From an uncultured Ruminococcus sp. (GTDB lineage: Bacteria > Bacillota > Clostridia > Oscillospirales > CAG-382): a stretch of 64,000 nt of DNA. Below, piece by piece: positions 45,265 through 55,692 of this stretch (within the stretch, counting starts at the first letter, position 1; each line of letters opens with the position of its first letter). Position numbers and translations under genes: made by a program. The stretch spans positions 1,096-65,095 of the forward strand of contig CAZNCN010000007.1 of assembly GCA_964571635.1 (NCBI GenBank), given 5' to 3'. The notes under the pieces were generated by a model. That model ran no database searches. It saw only the letters and a list, made by a program, of their open reading frames with translations, and had not been told where the DNA came from.

Positions 45265-48200
45265 ATGAACCAGATCAAGCACAATTTAGCGCGTGTTCTG
45301 TGCGCATTTATCGTGTGTGCCATGCTTTTTGGCGGCTTTGGCGGCACGATAGGTGTATTGCAGGCCGACGCATTAGTTGAATCGGTAGGCGGATCCGATT
45401 CACTTGTTCGTACATCGCTCAAAGAGATCAAGTCTATACTTACCTCGACGATGTACAGCGACTATGATGAACTTTACGCACAGGTCAAAGATGCGGTCAG
45501 TTCCATCGGTCTCGACTTAAAGTCGTATGACAAAGAGCTTACGGGCGCAACAGTTGCGTTCGACACTCTCGATGGCGAAGAATGCATTTTGGTAGGTGAC
45601 GACGGCAACCTGACTTTTAAGATCAATGTTACCGACGAAGCTCGCTATTGCCTGCGTATCGAGTATTATACCGGTGATATCACCGTTTGCGATGCCGATG
45701 GCAATGTCGTTTCGACAGGCAAGTCAACCTCGGCAGAGCGCATGATACTTATTGACGATAAGGTGCCGTTCAAAGAGGCACGCTCGATCGAGTTTTCTAA
45801 AGCTTGGATCGACAAATTGCCTATAATAGGCGACGACGGCAAGGTCGTCAAAGACACTTATGGCAACAAGCAGACATATCCCTCTAACGGCGATCAATAC
45901 CTCGAGTATGTCACCGACCAGAAGAATAACGCCGCTGACTCCTCCCGTCCTTTCCAAAAAGACAACAACGGCAATGAGCTTAAGCCCGATAAACAACTCG
46001 ACGCATCTTGGGTCACCGCCATGGTTCAGGATTCGACAGGTTATTATAACAGCCCCCTGCGCTTCTATCTCTCAGAGGGCGAACACACCATAACATTTGC
46101 TACCGTCAGCGAGCCCATCGCCATCAAGTCGATCTCGTTCGTTCCTATGACGGCGCTGCCCACTTATACAGAATATCTTGAGCAGTACAAGGACGCTGTC
46201 GACTATACAGGCGACAAGCAGTATACACAGGCAGAGTTCCCCACAATGACCTCTGACCGTACGATATATCAGCTCAATGACCGTGCTTCTGCGATAACCG
46301 TTCCGCAGGATCCTGCACTCGTTCTGCTCAACTCTATCGGCGGCGACAAGTGGCAGTACACCGGTCAGTGGATCGAGTGGAAGGTCAACGCACCTGCCGC
46401 AGGCATGTACAGCATAGTTCTTCGTGAAAAGCAGAGCTTCTATGCAGGTATGTATGTCTCGCGCAAGCTGACCATCAACGGCGAGCAGCCTTTTGCTGAA
46501 GCAAGCAACCTGCGCTTCAATTATTCTGAATCGTGGGAGACCAAGGCACTCTCTGCCAGCACTTACGATGCAGATGGCAACATTGATTACAGCACTGCAA
46601 CACCGCTCAAGTTCTATCTGAATGAGGGCGTTAATACCATCAGACTTTATGTCGTTCTCGGCGATATGGCAGAGATGCTCTCTGATGTCGAGGAGTCACT
46701 CAACAATATCAACGAATACTATCGTAAGATATTGATGATAACCGGTCCCGATGCCGACGAATATCGTGACTATGACTTTGACAAGCTGATCCCTGACGTA
46801 CTCAAGGGACTTGTCAAAGAAGCAGCAAACCTCAACCACGCTTCTGCACAGCTTACCGAGGTCACCGGTGCCAAGGGCGACCACGCTGCAACGCTTGAGC
46901 GTATTGCTGTCATTATCGAGAGAATGGGTACTTATCCCACCACTATCGCAGGCAGCATGAGCACTCTTAAGGACCACCTCGGCACTCTCGGTACCTGGCT
47001 TACCGACTCGCAGAACCAGCCTCTGCTTATCGACTATATCTGCTTGCAGTCTCCCTCTGATGAACTGCCGCAGGCAGAAGCCACCTGGTGGCAGAAGCTC
47101 GTCAATGAATTCCAGAAATTCATTGCTTCGTTCTTCTCTGACTATAACTCGCTCGGCTCTGTCTCTGACCAGACACTCACCAGCGAAGAGCTCGAAAAGG
47201 TTTCGATAACCGTCTGGACCAACACCTCGCGTGAACAGGCTCAGATACTCCGTAACCTTGTCGATAACGATTTCACCTCTAAATACAATATTCCCATCGA
47301 GGTTAAGCTCGTTGTCGCAGGCACTCTGCTTCCTGCAACGCTTGCAGGCACAGGCCCTGACGTTTCGATGAACGCAGGTCAGAGCGACCCTGTCAACTAT
47401 GCAATACGTTCGGCAGTCAAATCGCTCAACACCACCACGGGCAACACCAACATTGGCTATAACTTCAACGATCTTTCGGCATGGGCAGATCACCCGATCT
47501 ATGGTCAGTTCATTGATGAGATTGACACTTTTGACGAAGTCACTAACCGCTTCTCTGAGTCGGCAATGACTCCGCTTACGCTTTACGGCGAGGCATACGG
47601 CCTGCCCGAGAATATGTCGTTCTCGATGATGTTCTATCGCAAGGACCTGTTTGTCGAATTCGGCATTGAAGTTCCCAATACGTGGGATGACTTCCTTTCT
47701 ATAATAAATACCATTCAGTCAAAGCGACTCGACATTGGCTTCCCCACCGGCACAAGCGGCTCTATGATACTGATGTATCAGCAGAACGAACAGCTCTATG
47801 ACATGGGCAACTATGAGTATTATCTCGACCTGTTCAGAGAGTTCTATACCGATGAAGAACTGTTCGAGATGGGTTATATATATGAAGATGCAAACGGCAA
47901 CGTCATTCCCAAGACTGACGGCATGACCATCAACCTCGACTCTGACATATCTGTCGGTATGTTCAAGCAGGTCTGCAACTACTTCACTATGTATGATTTC
48001 CCTGTTTCATACAGCTTTGCAAACAGATTCCGTCAGGGCACTATGCCTTTGGCGATCGCAGACTATACCAACTATAACACGCTCATCGTATTTGCACCCG
48101 AGATTCAGGGTCTGTGGGAGTTCACTCCGCTGCCCGGCATGGTTGCCGCTGACGGCACCGTCGACAACTCGACCATCGGCGCAGTATCTTCTATCATCAT

Positions 48201-48639
48201 GATGAAGAGCGTAACCGATGAGAATGCACTTGCTGCATGGACGTTTATGCAGTGGTGGACCAGCGCAGAGGTACAGAGCTCTTATGGCAACGAGATGATT
48301 GCTCTGCTCGGACCTTCTGCAAAGCAGAACACCGCAAACCTTGAGGCTCTTGCCAACATGAGCTGGACCAAGGATGAATATGATAACCTGCGTGCACAGT
48401 TCAACGCCGTCAAATGTACTCCCGAGTATCCGGGCAGCTATATCATCGGCCGTTATACCAACTTTGCATTCCTCGATGTTTATAACAACGCTGCAGAGCC
48501 TACCGAAGAATTGCTCTCTTACATCGTTGATATAAATAACGAGCTCACACGTAAGCGCTCTGAGTTCGGTCTGCCCACAGCCGACACGATCAAAGAGCTT
48601 GAAAAGATGCGTGATGAAAAAAACAAGACTAAGGATTAG
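45265..48639 (+). CDS. giant extracellular solute-binding protein: two N-terminal beta-sandwich (CBM-like) modules plus a C-terminal ABC sugar-binding domain
   Basis: 1124-aa ORF with an AGGAGG RBS and a signal/anchor helix but no canonical lipobox. Its internal duplication is detailed in the findings. The C-terminal roughly 500 aa looks like a family-1 SBP ('ITVWTN..', 'GTGPDVSM'). Confidence 0.8.
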   Translation: MNQIKHNLARVLCAFIVCAMLFGGFGGTIGVLQADALVESVGGSDSLVRTSLKEIKSILTSTMYSDYDELYAQVKDAVSSIGLDLKSYDKELTGATVAFDTLDGEECILVGDDGNLTFKINVTDEARYCLRIEYYTGDITVCDADGNVVSTGKSTSAERMILIDDKVPFKEARSIEFSKAWIDKLPIIGDDGKVVKDTYGNKQTYPSNGDQYLEYVTDQKNNAADSSRPFQKDNNGNELKPDKQLDASWVTAMVQDSTGYYNSPLRFYLSEGEHTITFATVSEPIAIKSISFVPMTALPTYTEYLEQYKDAVDYTGDKQYTQAEFPTMTSDRTIYQLNDRASAITVPQDPALVLLNSIGGDKWQYTGQWIEWKVNAPAAGMYSIVLREKQSFYAGMYVSRKLTINGEQPFAEASNLRFNYSESWETKALSASTYDADGNIDYSTATPLKFYLNEGVNTIRLYVVLGDMAEMLSDVEESLNNINEYYRKILMITGPDADEYRDYDFDKLIPDVLKGLVKEAANLNHASAQLTEVTGAKGDHAATLERIAVIIERMGTYPTTIAGSMSTLKDHLGTLGTWLTDSQNQPLLIDYICLQSPSDELPQAEATWWQKLVNEFQKFIASFFSDYNSLGSVSDQTLTSEELEKVSITVWTNTSREQAQILRNLVDNDFTSKYNIPIEVKLVVAGTLLPATLAGTGPDVSMNAGQSDPVNYAIRSAVKSLNTTTGNTNIGYNFNDLSAWADHPIYGQFIDEIDTFDEVTNRFSESAMTPLTLYGEAYGLPENMSFSMMFYRKDLFVEFGIEVPNTWDDFLSIINTIQSKRLDIGFPTGTSGSMILMYQQNEQLYDMGNYEYYLDLFREFYTDEELFEMGYIYEDANGNVIPKTDGMTINLDSDISVGMFKQVCNYFTMYDFPVSYSFANRFRQGTMPLAIADYTNYNTLIVFAPEIQGLWEFTPLPGMVAADGTVDNSTIGAVSSIIMMKSVTDENALAAWTFMQWWTSAEVQSSYGNEMIALLGPSAKQNTANLEALANMSWTKDEYDNLRAQFNAVKCTPEYPGSYIIGRYTNFAFLDVYNNAAEPTEELLSYIVDINNELTRKRSEFGLPTADTIKELEKMRDEKNKTKD

Positions 48640-48657
48640 AGCGGAGGGGAAGGATAA

Positions 48658-49593
48658 ATGGCAAAAGAAAAAGCAATCATACGCTCTGATTTGACCAGAG
48701 CCCAATGGACATGGATACAGGTCAAAAAGCATAAGGTAGCATATCTTATGGTTCTGCCGTTCTTTGCACTGTTTTTCCTGTTCACGGTCGTTCCCGTTCT
48801 GTTGTCGGTGGTGCTTAGCTTCACCACCTTCAACCTGCTCGAGTGGCCTACATTCGTCGGACTTCAGAACTATATCCGTCTGCTGCTCGATGACGACATC
48901 TTTATCATAGCGGTCAAGAACACGCTTGTGTTCGCTGCTATCACGGGTCCTTGCTCATACCTGCTTTCTATGATGTTTGCATGGTTTATCAATGAGCTGC
49001 GCCCCAAGATCCGCGCCTTTGTTACATTGCTCTTCTATGCACCGTCCATTTCCGGCTCGGTGTATCTGATCTGGACGATATTCTTCTCGTCCGACCAATA
49101 TGGCTTTGTCAATGCGTGGCTCATCAAATTAAACCTTATCTCAAAGCCTATACTGTGGTTCCAGGATGAGACTTATATCTTCCCTCTGATCATAGCGGTT
49201 GCACTTTGGACCTCGCTTGGTACATCGTTCCTGACGATGATCGCAGGCTTCCAGGTCGTCAACCAGGAGCTGTATGAGGCAGGCGCCGTCGACGGCGTCA
49301 AAAACAGATGGCAGGAGCTGTGGTATATCACGCTGCCCTCGATGAAGCCTCAGCTCATGCTGAGTGCTATACTCTCTATAACCGGTGCATTCGGCTTCGG
49401 CGCGGTCATCACCGCACTGGTCGGATTCCCCAGCCCTAACTATTGCGTTCACACCATAATGCACCATCTCGATGACTATGGCGGATCGCGATTTGAGATG
49501 GGCTATGCGTCGGCAATAGCAACGATACTGTTCTTTATGCAGATAGGCTGCAACATGATAGTAACGAGACTCCTCAGAAAGGTAGGTACTTGA
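48658..49593 (+). CDS. carbohydrate ABC transporter permease (MalF-like), pair 1
   Basis: 311-aa ORF with six TM helices and the EAA loop 'LYEAGAVDGVKNRWQELWYITLP'. Confidence 0.85.
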   Translation: MAKEKAIIRSDLTRAQWTWIQVKKHKVAYLMVLPFFALFFLFTVVPVLLSVVLSFTTFNLLEWPTFVGLQNYIRLLLDDDIFIIAVKNTLVFAAITGPCSYLLSMMFAWFINELRPKIRAFVTLLFYAPSISGSVYLIWTIFFSSDQYGFVNAWLIKLNLISKPILWFQDETYIFPLIIAVALWTSLGTSFLTMIAGFQVVNQELYEAGAVDGVKNRWQELWYITLPSMKPQLMLSAILSITGAFGFGAVITALVGFPSPNYCVHTIMHHLDDYGGSRFEMGYASAIATILFFMQIGCNMIVTRLLRKVGT

Positions 49594-49595
49594 TA

Positions 49596-50519
49596 ATGTC
49601 TACATTAAAACAAAAGCTTACCGTTCTTAAAGAGAAACGCGAAAAAAGGCAGATAGAGAACGGCACGTTTTATAAGCGTTCGCTCAACCGCTCGGTCGGC
49701 GGTGACATCGGTATTTATATACTACTCGCTGTCGTCGGCTGTGTTATGGTTCTGCCCATGGTATATGCAATATGCCAGTCGCTTAAGCCTCTCGACGAGT
49801 TGTTCTTCTTCCCGCCGAGGTTCATGCCTGTCAACCCCACGCTCAAGAACTATTCTGACCTGTTCAGATTAATGGGCGACTCGTGGGTCCCGTTCTCGAG
49901 ATACATATTCAACACCGTGTTTATCTCGGTCGTCGGTACTGCAGGCAACGTTTTGCTGTCATCCTATGCAGCATACGCTATCGCAAAGATCCCGTTCCCC
50001 GGACGCAACTTCCTGTTCCAGACGGTTGTTTACTCGTTGATGTTCAACTCGACCGTCACAGGTATCACCAACTTCCTCATCATGACCTGGTTTGGCTGGG
50101 TCGACACCTATTTCGCAGTCATCGTGCCCGCCTTCTGTACGACCTTTGGTCTGTATATGATGAAGCAGTTCATGGAGACCAGCGTCAACGACTCGGTGCT
50201 TGAATCGGCACGAATCGAGGGTGCAAGCGAGAATAAGATATTCTGGAAGATAGCAATGCCTATGGTCAAGCCCGCTTGGATCACGCTGATCATATTCGCA
50301 TTCAAGGATCTGTGGAACTCCGGCTCGAATATATTCATTTATTCAGAGCAGCTCAAAACATTCAACTACGCAATAAGCCAGCTGGTCACCTCGGGCGTTG
50401 CCCGTTCGGGTGTCAGTGCTGCGTCTACAGTCGTTATGATGATTGTGCCTGTAACGGTCTTCGTCGTAACACAGAGCAACATCATACAGACGATGTCTAC
50501 ATCGGGTATGAAGGACTAA
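49596..50519 (+). CDS. carbohydrate ABC transporter permease (MalG-like), pair 1
   Basis: EAA loop 'LESARIEGASENKIFWKIAMP'. I prefer the ATG at 49596, which has AAAGGTAGG about 10 nt upstream, over the TTG at 49590. Confidence 0.85.
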   Translation: MSTLKQKLTVLKEKREKRQIENGTFYKRSLNRSVGGDIGIYILLAVVGCVMVLPMVYAICQSLKPLDELFFFPPRFMPVNPTLKNYSDLFRLMGDSWVPFSRYIFNTVFISVVGTAGNVLLSSYAAYAIAKIPFPGRNFLFQTVVYSLMFNSTVTGITNFLIMTWFGWVDTYFAVIVPAFCTTFGLYMMKQFMETSVNDSVLESARIEGASENKIFWKIAMPMVKPAWITLIIFAFKDLWNSGSNIFIYSEQLKTFNYAISQLVTSGVARSGVSAASTVVMMIVPVTVFVVTQSNIIQTMSTSGMKD

Positions 50520-50537
50520 TCCGGGAGGACTTTGAAC

Positions 50538-52727
50538 ATGAAAACCAAAATAATTCGCACAGTCCTCGTATCTGTCCTGCTCGTAATGCTGGTCGGCTCG
50601 ATCGCTGCAAGTGCGCTCGTGCCTTATCAGACTTACACCTATGACGTTTACGGCGACGTGCAGATGAGCCCGCACGCTTATGTGCCGCTCAAAATAATCA
50701 ACTCGAACTCGATTAAGCAGTCATTCCTTAACGGCTCGAGCGAAAACACTCAGTCAAAATATCAGTATACCGATATCACACCGCTCAATAACCCCAAGGA
50801 TATCTTCGTCGACGACTTGAATCGACTTTATATTGCCGATACCGACAACAGCCGTATAGTCGTCCTTGATGAGAATTATAACTTCTGCTTCTACATCACA
50901 ACCTTCATAAATGACCAGGGCGTTCCCGATTCGCTTTCGTCGCCCGAGGGTGTTTATGTCACTGAGAGTGAGATATATGTTGCAGATACCCAAAAGTCGC
51001 GTATAGTCATCTTTGACAAGCTCGGCAACTTTGTTGACATCGTTCCCGAGCCCAGCAGCGACGTTATCCCCGACGGCAGCATTTATAAGCCCGTCGCACT
51101 CGCAGTTGACAGATCCGGCAGAATTTATGTCGTTTCTTCGACCACTCACTATGGCGTCATTTCGCTTAACCGTGACGGCTCATTCAACTCGTTCATAGGC
51201 CCGCAGGCTGTTAGCGGCACTGTTTGGGACAGACTTCTCAGAATGTTCCAGACCAAAGAGCAGATCGCAGCAAGCTTAAAGCTCGTTCCTACCGAATATA
51301 ACAACGTCACTATCGACTCTGACGGCTTCTTGTATATCACTACCTCGACTATCGCGGACAGCGATGTCATCAGTGCTATCAACAGCAGATCAAAGAGCGG
51401 CAAATATGCGCCTGTTAAAAAGCTCAACCCCACCGGCAGTGACGTCATGGTTCGTAACGGCTTTTGGCCGCCCTCCGGCGAGATCAACTTCAGCACCATG
51501 TCCAACGCAGACATCTCGGGCCCCTCAAAGCTCGTTGACGTAGCACTCGGACCTGATAACACCTGGAGCGTCATTGACCAGAAGCGCAGCAAAGTTTATA
51601 CCTATGACGAAAACGGCAACCTGCTTTATGCATTCGGCGACTTCGGCGATCAGATGGGCAACATCCAGTCGCTTACCGCTATCGCATATCAGGGCACCAA
51701 TATTCTGCTGCTCGACAAGACCACTCAGAGCATAACCGTTTATAAGCGTACCGACTATGGCGATCTGATCGCTTCTGCAATCAGAAAGAACGCCGATAAG
51801 CAGTATGACGAAGCAGTTGATTATTATATCAGCATACTTCAGCACAACAACAACTATGATACCGCATATGTCGGCATAGGCCAGTCGCTCTATCGTGACG
51901 GCGAATATTATGAGGCAATGCAGTATTTCAAGGCTGCTTATGCGACTGAAGATTATTCAGAGGCATATCAGCTCTATCGTAAGGATTGGATCGAAGAGAA
52001 CCTTTGGGTTCTGCCTGTCGTCATCATCGGTGCCTTGTTCCTGATATCCAAGTTCTTTGGCTGGGCTAACAAGGTCAACAAGCGTGGACAGAAGTTCAAG
52101 GATAAGCGCAAGTTCTATGAGGAGGTCCTCTATGGCTTCCACATCATGCTGCATCCTTTCGACGGCTTCTGGGACCTCAAGCACGAGAAGCGCGGTTCTG
52201 TCAGAGGCGCAACCTTCTGGCTGGCACTCACTATTATCGTGTTCGTTTATCAGTCGGTCGGTCAGGGCTATCTGTTCAACCCCTACAACAACACGACCTC
52301 GTTCCTGTTCACCATAATTTCGGTGGCATTGCCGCTGTTCTTGTGGGTAACCGCAAACTGGTGCCTTACCACGCTGTTTGACGGCGAAGGCAGCTTTAAG
52401 GACGTTTATATAGCATCGTGCTATTCGCTCGTACCGCTGGTATTGCTTATACTGCCTACGACGATCATCTCGAACTTCGTCATCGCTGACGAAATGTCAC
52501 TGCTCACCATGGTCGACACGCTCGCATTCTGGTGGATGGCGATACTGATTGTCTTTGGCATGATGGTCACGCACGACTATGGCATCTTCAAGAACCTCTT
52601 GACGGTGCTCGGCACTATCGTCGGTGCTGCGTTCATCATATTCATCGTCGTATTGTTCGGTTCGCTGCTTAGGAAGGTCTACACGTTCTTCTATAACATC
52701 TATATCGAACTTAAACTGCGAGTCTGA
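50538..52727 (+). CDS. NHL-repeat beta-propeller / TPR / Yip1-domain polytopic membrane protein
   Basis: The ATG at 50538 lies 9 nt after GGAGG, and a signal peptide follows. It has NHL-like blades ('LYIADTDNSRIVVLD', 'IYVADTQKSRIVIFD', 'IYVVSST..') and a TPR-like segment ('YDEAVDYYISILQHNNNYDTAYVGIGQSLYRDGEYYEAMQYF'). One TM helix is followed by a basic loop and five more TM helices of Yip1 type. Confidence 0.75.
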   Translation: MKTKIIRTVLVSVLLVMLVGSIAASALVPYQTYTYDVYGDVQMSPHAYVPLKIINSNSIKQSFLNGSSENTQSKYQYTDITPLNNPKDIFVDDLNRLYIADTDNSRIVVLDENYNFCFYITTFINDQGVPDSLSSPEGVYVTESEIYVADTQKSRIVIFDKLGNFVDIVPEPSSDVIPDGSIYKPVALAVDRSGRIYVVSSTTHYGVISLNRDGSFNSFIGPQAVSGTVWDRLLRMFQTKEQIAASLKLVPTEYNNVTIDSDGFLYITTSTIADSDVISAINSRSKSGKYAPVKKLNPTGSDVMVRNGFWPPSGEINFSTMSNADISGPSKLVDVALGPDNTWSVIDQKRSKVYTYDENGNLLYAFGDFGDQMGNIQSLTAIAYQGTNILLLDKTTQSITVYKRTDYGDLIASAIRKNADKQYDEAVDYYISILQHNNNYDTAYVGIGQSLYRDGEYYEAMQYFKAAYATEDYSEAYQLYRKDWIEENLWVLPVVIIGALFLISKFFGWANKVNKRGQKFKDKRKFYEEVLYGFHIMLHPFDGFWDLKHEKRGSVRGATFWLALTIIVFVYQSVGQGYLFNPYNNTTSFLFTIISVALPLFLWVTANWCLTTLFDGEGSFKDVYIASCYSLVPLVLLILPTTIISNFVIADEMSLLTMVDTLAFWWMAILIVFGMMVTHDYGIFKNLLTVLGTIVGAAFIIFIVVLFGSLLRKVYTFFYNIYIELKLRV

Positions 52728-52748
52728 CAGAAGGGAGTGTAATAACTT

Positions 52749-55688
52749 ATGAAAAAACTGTTTATCGCGTTGCTTGCACTTCTTTTGTGCCTCTCGATGA
52801 TACTTCCCATTTTAAATATCCAGGCATCCGCTGCCGAAGATGAAGAGGATACCAACGTTTGGGACACATTGCTGCCTGCATATATGTCCACCTCTTACAA
52901 ATCGATAGAGGATCGCATCCTCGGCAATGATGTCATTGCCGGGATGCAGCTCATGCTCGTCAAGGATGGCTATGCGCTTTATTGCGATCCTATGACAGGC
53001 GAGGTCGTCAACCTCGTCCTCGAGGACCCCATTAAAGACGAAAACGGCAATTATGTTCTTGATGAGAACGGCAACTATACCTATGAGCTTATCGAGGGTT
53101 CGACTGTTTATAAATATAAGGGCTATTGGTCCACCAACCCTTATAACATCGGCTCGAGCCAGTCGGCAGCAGGTCTTAAGACCTCTGACTCGATCAAGCA
53201 AAAGCTTTATTCTCAGGCTATAATCGAATACACCGAGAATGACACCGATATGTCGTTCAACACCTTTGTCGACTCGGCACTCAACGACCAGATCACGGTC
53301 AAGAACATCCGCAGCGGCATCAGAGTTGAATACACCATCGGTAGAGAAGAGGTTAAATACCTCGTTCCTCGCCTTATCCGCAAAGAGAAGCTCGAGGCTC
53401 TTGAAGAGCAGATCAAAGAGCGCTCTGATATATCCAAGGACGCGAGAAGCTTTAAATCCTTCTATATTCTTAAAGACCCCAACCAAGAGGGCATATCTAT
53501 TAAGACTATCGAAGAGATGAAGGTCAAGTATCCTATCTGCGAGAGATTCCCGATATATGTCTGCGAGCCCAAGATCACTGCACAGGAGCTGCTGCGTGTC
53601 GAGAAGCTCGTTAAGAAATATACCGACTATACCTTCGAGCAGATGGATGTCGACCACTCTGAGACCGAATACACCGCAACCGACAAGACCCCCGCACTCT
53701 TTAAGATGGCTATCGAATATACCATCGACCAGTATGGCGTTCAGGTCAGAGTCAATGCGGGCAACATTCGTTTTGACTCTTCCAACTATAAGCTGTCGAA
53801 TGTGACCCTGCTGCCGTATGCCGGTGCAGGCAACACCAACAACAGCGGCTATATCTTCTCACCCGACGGCTCGGGCACGATAATCACCTTTGACAAGATA
53901 CTCGGCACTGCATTCAAAACGCAGAACCAGATGTATGGCCCCGACTATGCGTTCCACACCATCACAGGCGCAAACAAGCAGACGTTCAGACTGCCTTGCT
54001 TCGGCGTTGTTGAGATAGTTGAAGACGCTATAAAAAAGAAGGACTATGTCCAGTTGGTCGACGAAGAGGGCAACCTTTTGTTTGATGAAGACGGCAACCC
54101 TGTTATGTCAAGCGAAATGCAGACCTTCTTTGAAGACCTTAAGATAGGCTATCTCGCCGTTATTACCGAGGGCGATTCGCTCGCCAGCATCACTATTGAG
54201 AACGGCGGCTCGGTGCATATGTTTGCGTCGGCATACACTTCATTCAACCCTCGTCCCAAGGATACTTATGAGCTCGACGGCGGTCTGTCGGCAGGCTCAA
54301 ATGCAATGTGGACTGTTGAATCAAAGAGAAAATATACCAAAGACTTTAAGATCAGATACTTCATCCTCACCGACGACATCTCGTACTCGGGCATGGCAAA
54401 CACCTATCGCGACTATCTCGTTCGCGAGGGCGTCCTGACCGAAATGGAAGAGGATAAGATCGCAGAGGACATTCCTCTTTATATCGAGACTCTGGGTGCA
54501 CTCGAGGTCACAAAGAAGTTCCTTGGCGTGCCTATCCAGACAGTCATCGACCTCACATCGTTTGAAGACACCAAAGCAATGCTGCAAAAGCTTAAGGACG
54601 AAGCAGGCATCACCAACATCAAGGTTAAGATGGATGGTTGGTGCAACGGCGGTCTGCCCTGGGCTTCTGTTCCCAACGGCGTCAAGATCGAGAAGGCTCT
54701 CGGCGGCGAAAAGGGCTTTAAAGAATTGCTTGAATGGTGCAATGAGAACGGCATGCAGCTGTTCCCCGAATTTGAGTTTATCAAAGCATCTTCCGACTAT
54801 CTCTTTGACGGCTTCAATCCCGACAAAGACCTCGCAAAGACCATCGACGACCGAAACGCAACGATACAGCGCTATTATGCATCCACACAGGCATACGAGC
54901 GCACCGGTCACGGTCTGATCTCGGCAAGAGTTTTGGAACGCTTCTATACCAACACCTGGCGTGACTATCAGAAGCTCGGCGTCGGTGCGATATCCGTTTC
55001 GTCGCTCGGCGAGATACTCGGCTCTGACTTTAACGAGGATGATCCGCTCAACCGCGAGGACAGCAAGAACCTCATCACCAAACTGCTTGCCAAGATCGAG
55101 CAGGATAATGGCAAGGTCATGATCTCGGGTGGCAACTATTATGCCATCAGGTATGCATCTGATATAATCAACGTGCCGCTTGACGACTCGAGACTGTCAT
55201 ATTCGGCAGCTTCGGTTCCTTTCATGGGTTCTGTGCTGCACGGCTCTGTTGAGTTTGCGGGCGAGGCTATCAACCTTGCTGGCGACTATCAGTACACCTT
55301 GCTCAAGACTATTGAGAACGGCGCTTCGCCTTATTTCGTGATCGCCATCAACAACACCAGCGAGCTCAAAAATTATAACGATACCGAGCTCGGTGATTAT
55401 TATTCAGTCAGATACAGCATCTGGGTCGCAGACATGGTTAAGACCTATAACGAGCTTAACAATGCACTCAAGGATGTTCGTACTGCAAAGATCGTGGGTC
55501 ACGAGTTTGTTGACAGCGACAGACAGGTTTGCGTAGTTACCTATTCAAACGGCGTCAAGTTCGTCATCAACTATACTCTTGAAGCACAGACTGTCACCGT
55601 TGGTGACAAGACGATAACCGTTGCTGCCGAGAACTTTGTCAAGCTCGACGCCAACGGCAATGTCGTAGAACTTGGAGAGGGGGAATAA
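52749..55688 (+). CDS. large secreted protein of unknown function (from memory resembles what databases label DUF5696; unverified)
   Basis: 979-aa ORF with an AAGGGAG RBS and a signal peptide 'MKKLFIALLALLLCLSMILPILNIQASA'. I recognised no catalytic motif. The segment 'VKMDGWCNGGLPW...LLEWCNENGMQLFPEFEF' is reminiscent of glycoside-hydrolase TIM barrels. Confidence 0.6.
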   Translation: MKKLFIALLALLLCLSMILPILNIQASAAEDEEDTNVWDTLLPAYMSTSYKSIEDRILGNDVIAGMQLMLVKDGYALYCDPMTGEVVNLVLEDPIKDENGNYVLDENGNYTYELIEGSTVYKYKGYWSTNPYNIGSSQSAAGLKTSDSIKQKLYSQAIIEYTENDTDMSFNTFVDSALNDQITVKNIRSGIRVEYTIGREEVKYLVPRLIRKEKLEALEEQIKERSDISKDARSFKSFYILKDPNQEGISIKTIEEMKVKYPICERFPIYVCEPKITAQELLRVEKLVKKYTDYTFEQMDVDHSETEYTATDKTPALFKMAIEYTIDQYGVQVRVNAGNIRFDSSNYKLSNVTLLPYAGAGNTNNSGYIFSPDGSGTIITFDKILGTAFKTQNQMYGPDYAFHTITGANKQTFRLPCFGVVEIVEDAIKKKDYVQLVDEEGNLLFDEDGNPVMSSEMQTFFEDLKIGYLAVITEGDSLASITIENGGSVHMFASAYTSFNPRPKDTYELDGGLSAGSNAMWTVESKRKYTKDFKIRYFILTDDISYSGMANTYRDYLVREGVLTEMEEDKIAEDIPLYIETLGALEVTKKFLGVPIQTVIDLTSFEDTKAMLQKLKDEAGITNIKVKMDGWCNGGLPWASVPNGVKIEKALGGEKGFKELLEWCNENGMQLFPEFEFIKASSDYLFDGFNPDKDLAKTIDDRNATIQRYYASTQAYERTGHGLISARVLERFYTNTWRDYQKLGVGAISVSSLGEILGSDFNEDDPLNREDSKNLITKLLAKIEQDNGKVMISGGNYYAIRYASDIINVPLDDSRLSYSAASVPFMGSVLHGSVEFAGEAINLAGDYQYTLLKTIENGASPYFVIAINNTSELKNYNDTELGDYYSVRYSIWVADMVKTYNELNNALKDVRTAKIVGHEFVDSDRQVCVVTYSNGVKFVINYTLEAQTVTVGDKTITVAAENFVKLDANGNVVELGEGE

Positions 55689-55692
55689 ATAA

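Noticed and set aside
46696-54911. Several 150-280-aa minus-strand ORFs inside the ABC-like locus (46696-47493, 48007-48732, 51149-51592, 52812-53657, 54321-54911)
   Set aside because: All are antisense to well-supported plus-strand genes. They lack RBS and motifs and have Cys/Arg/Leu-rich shadow-ORF composition.
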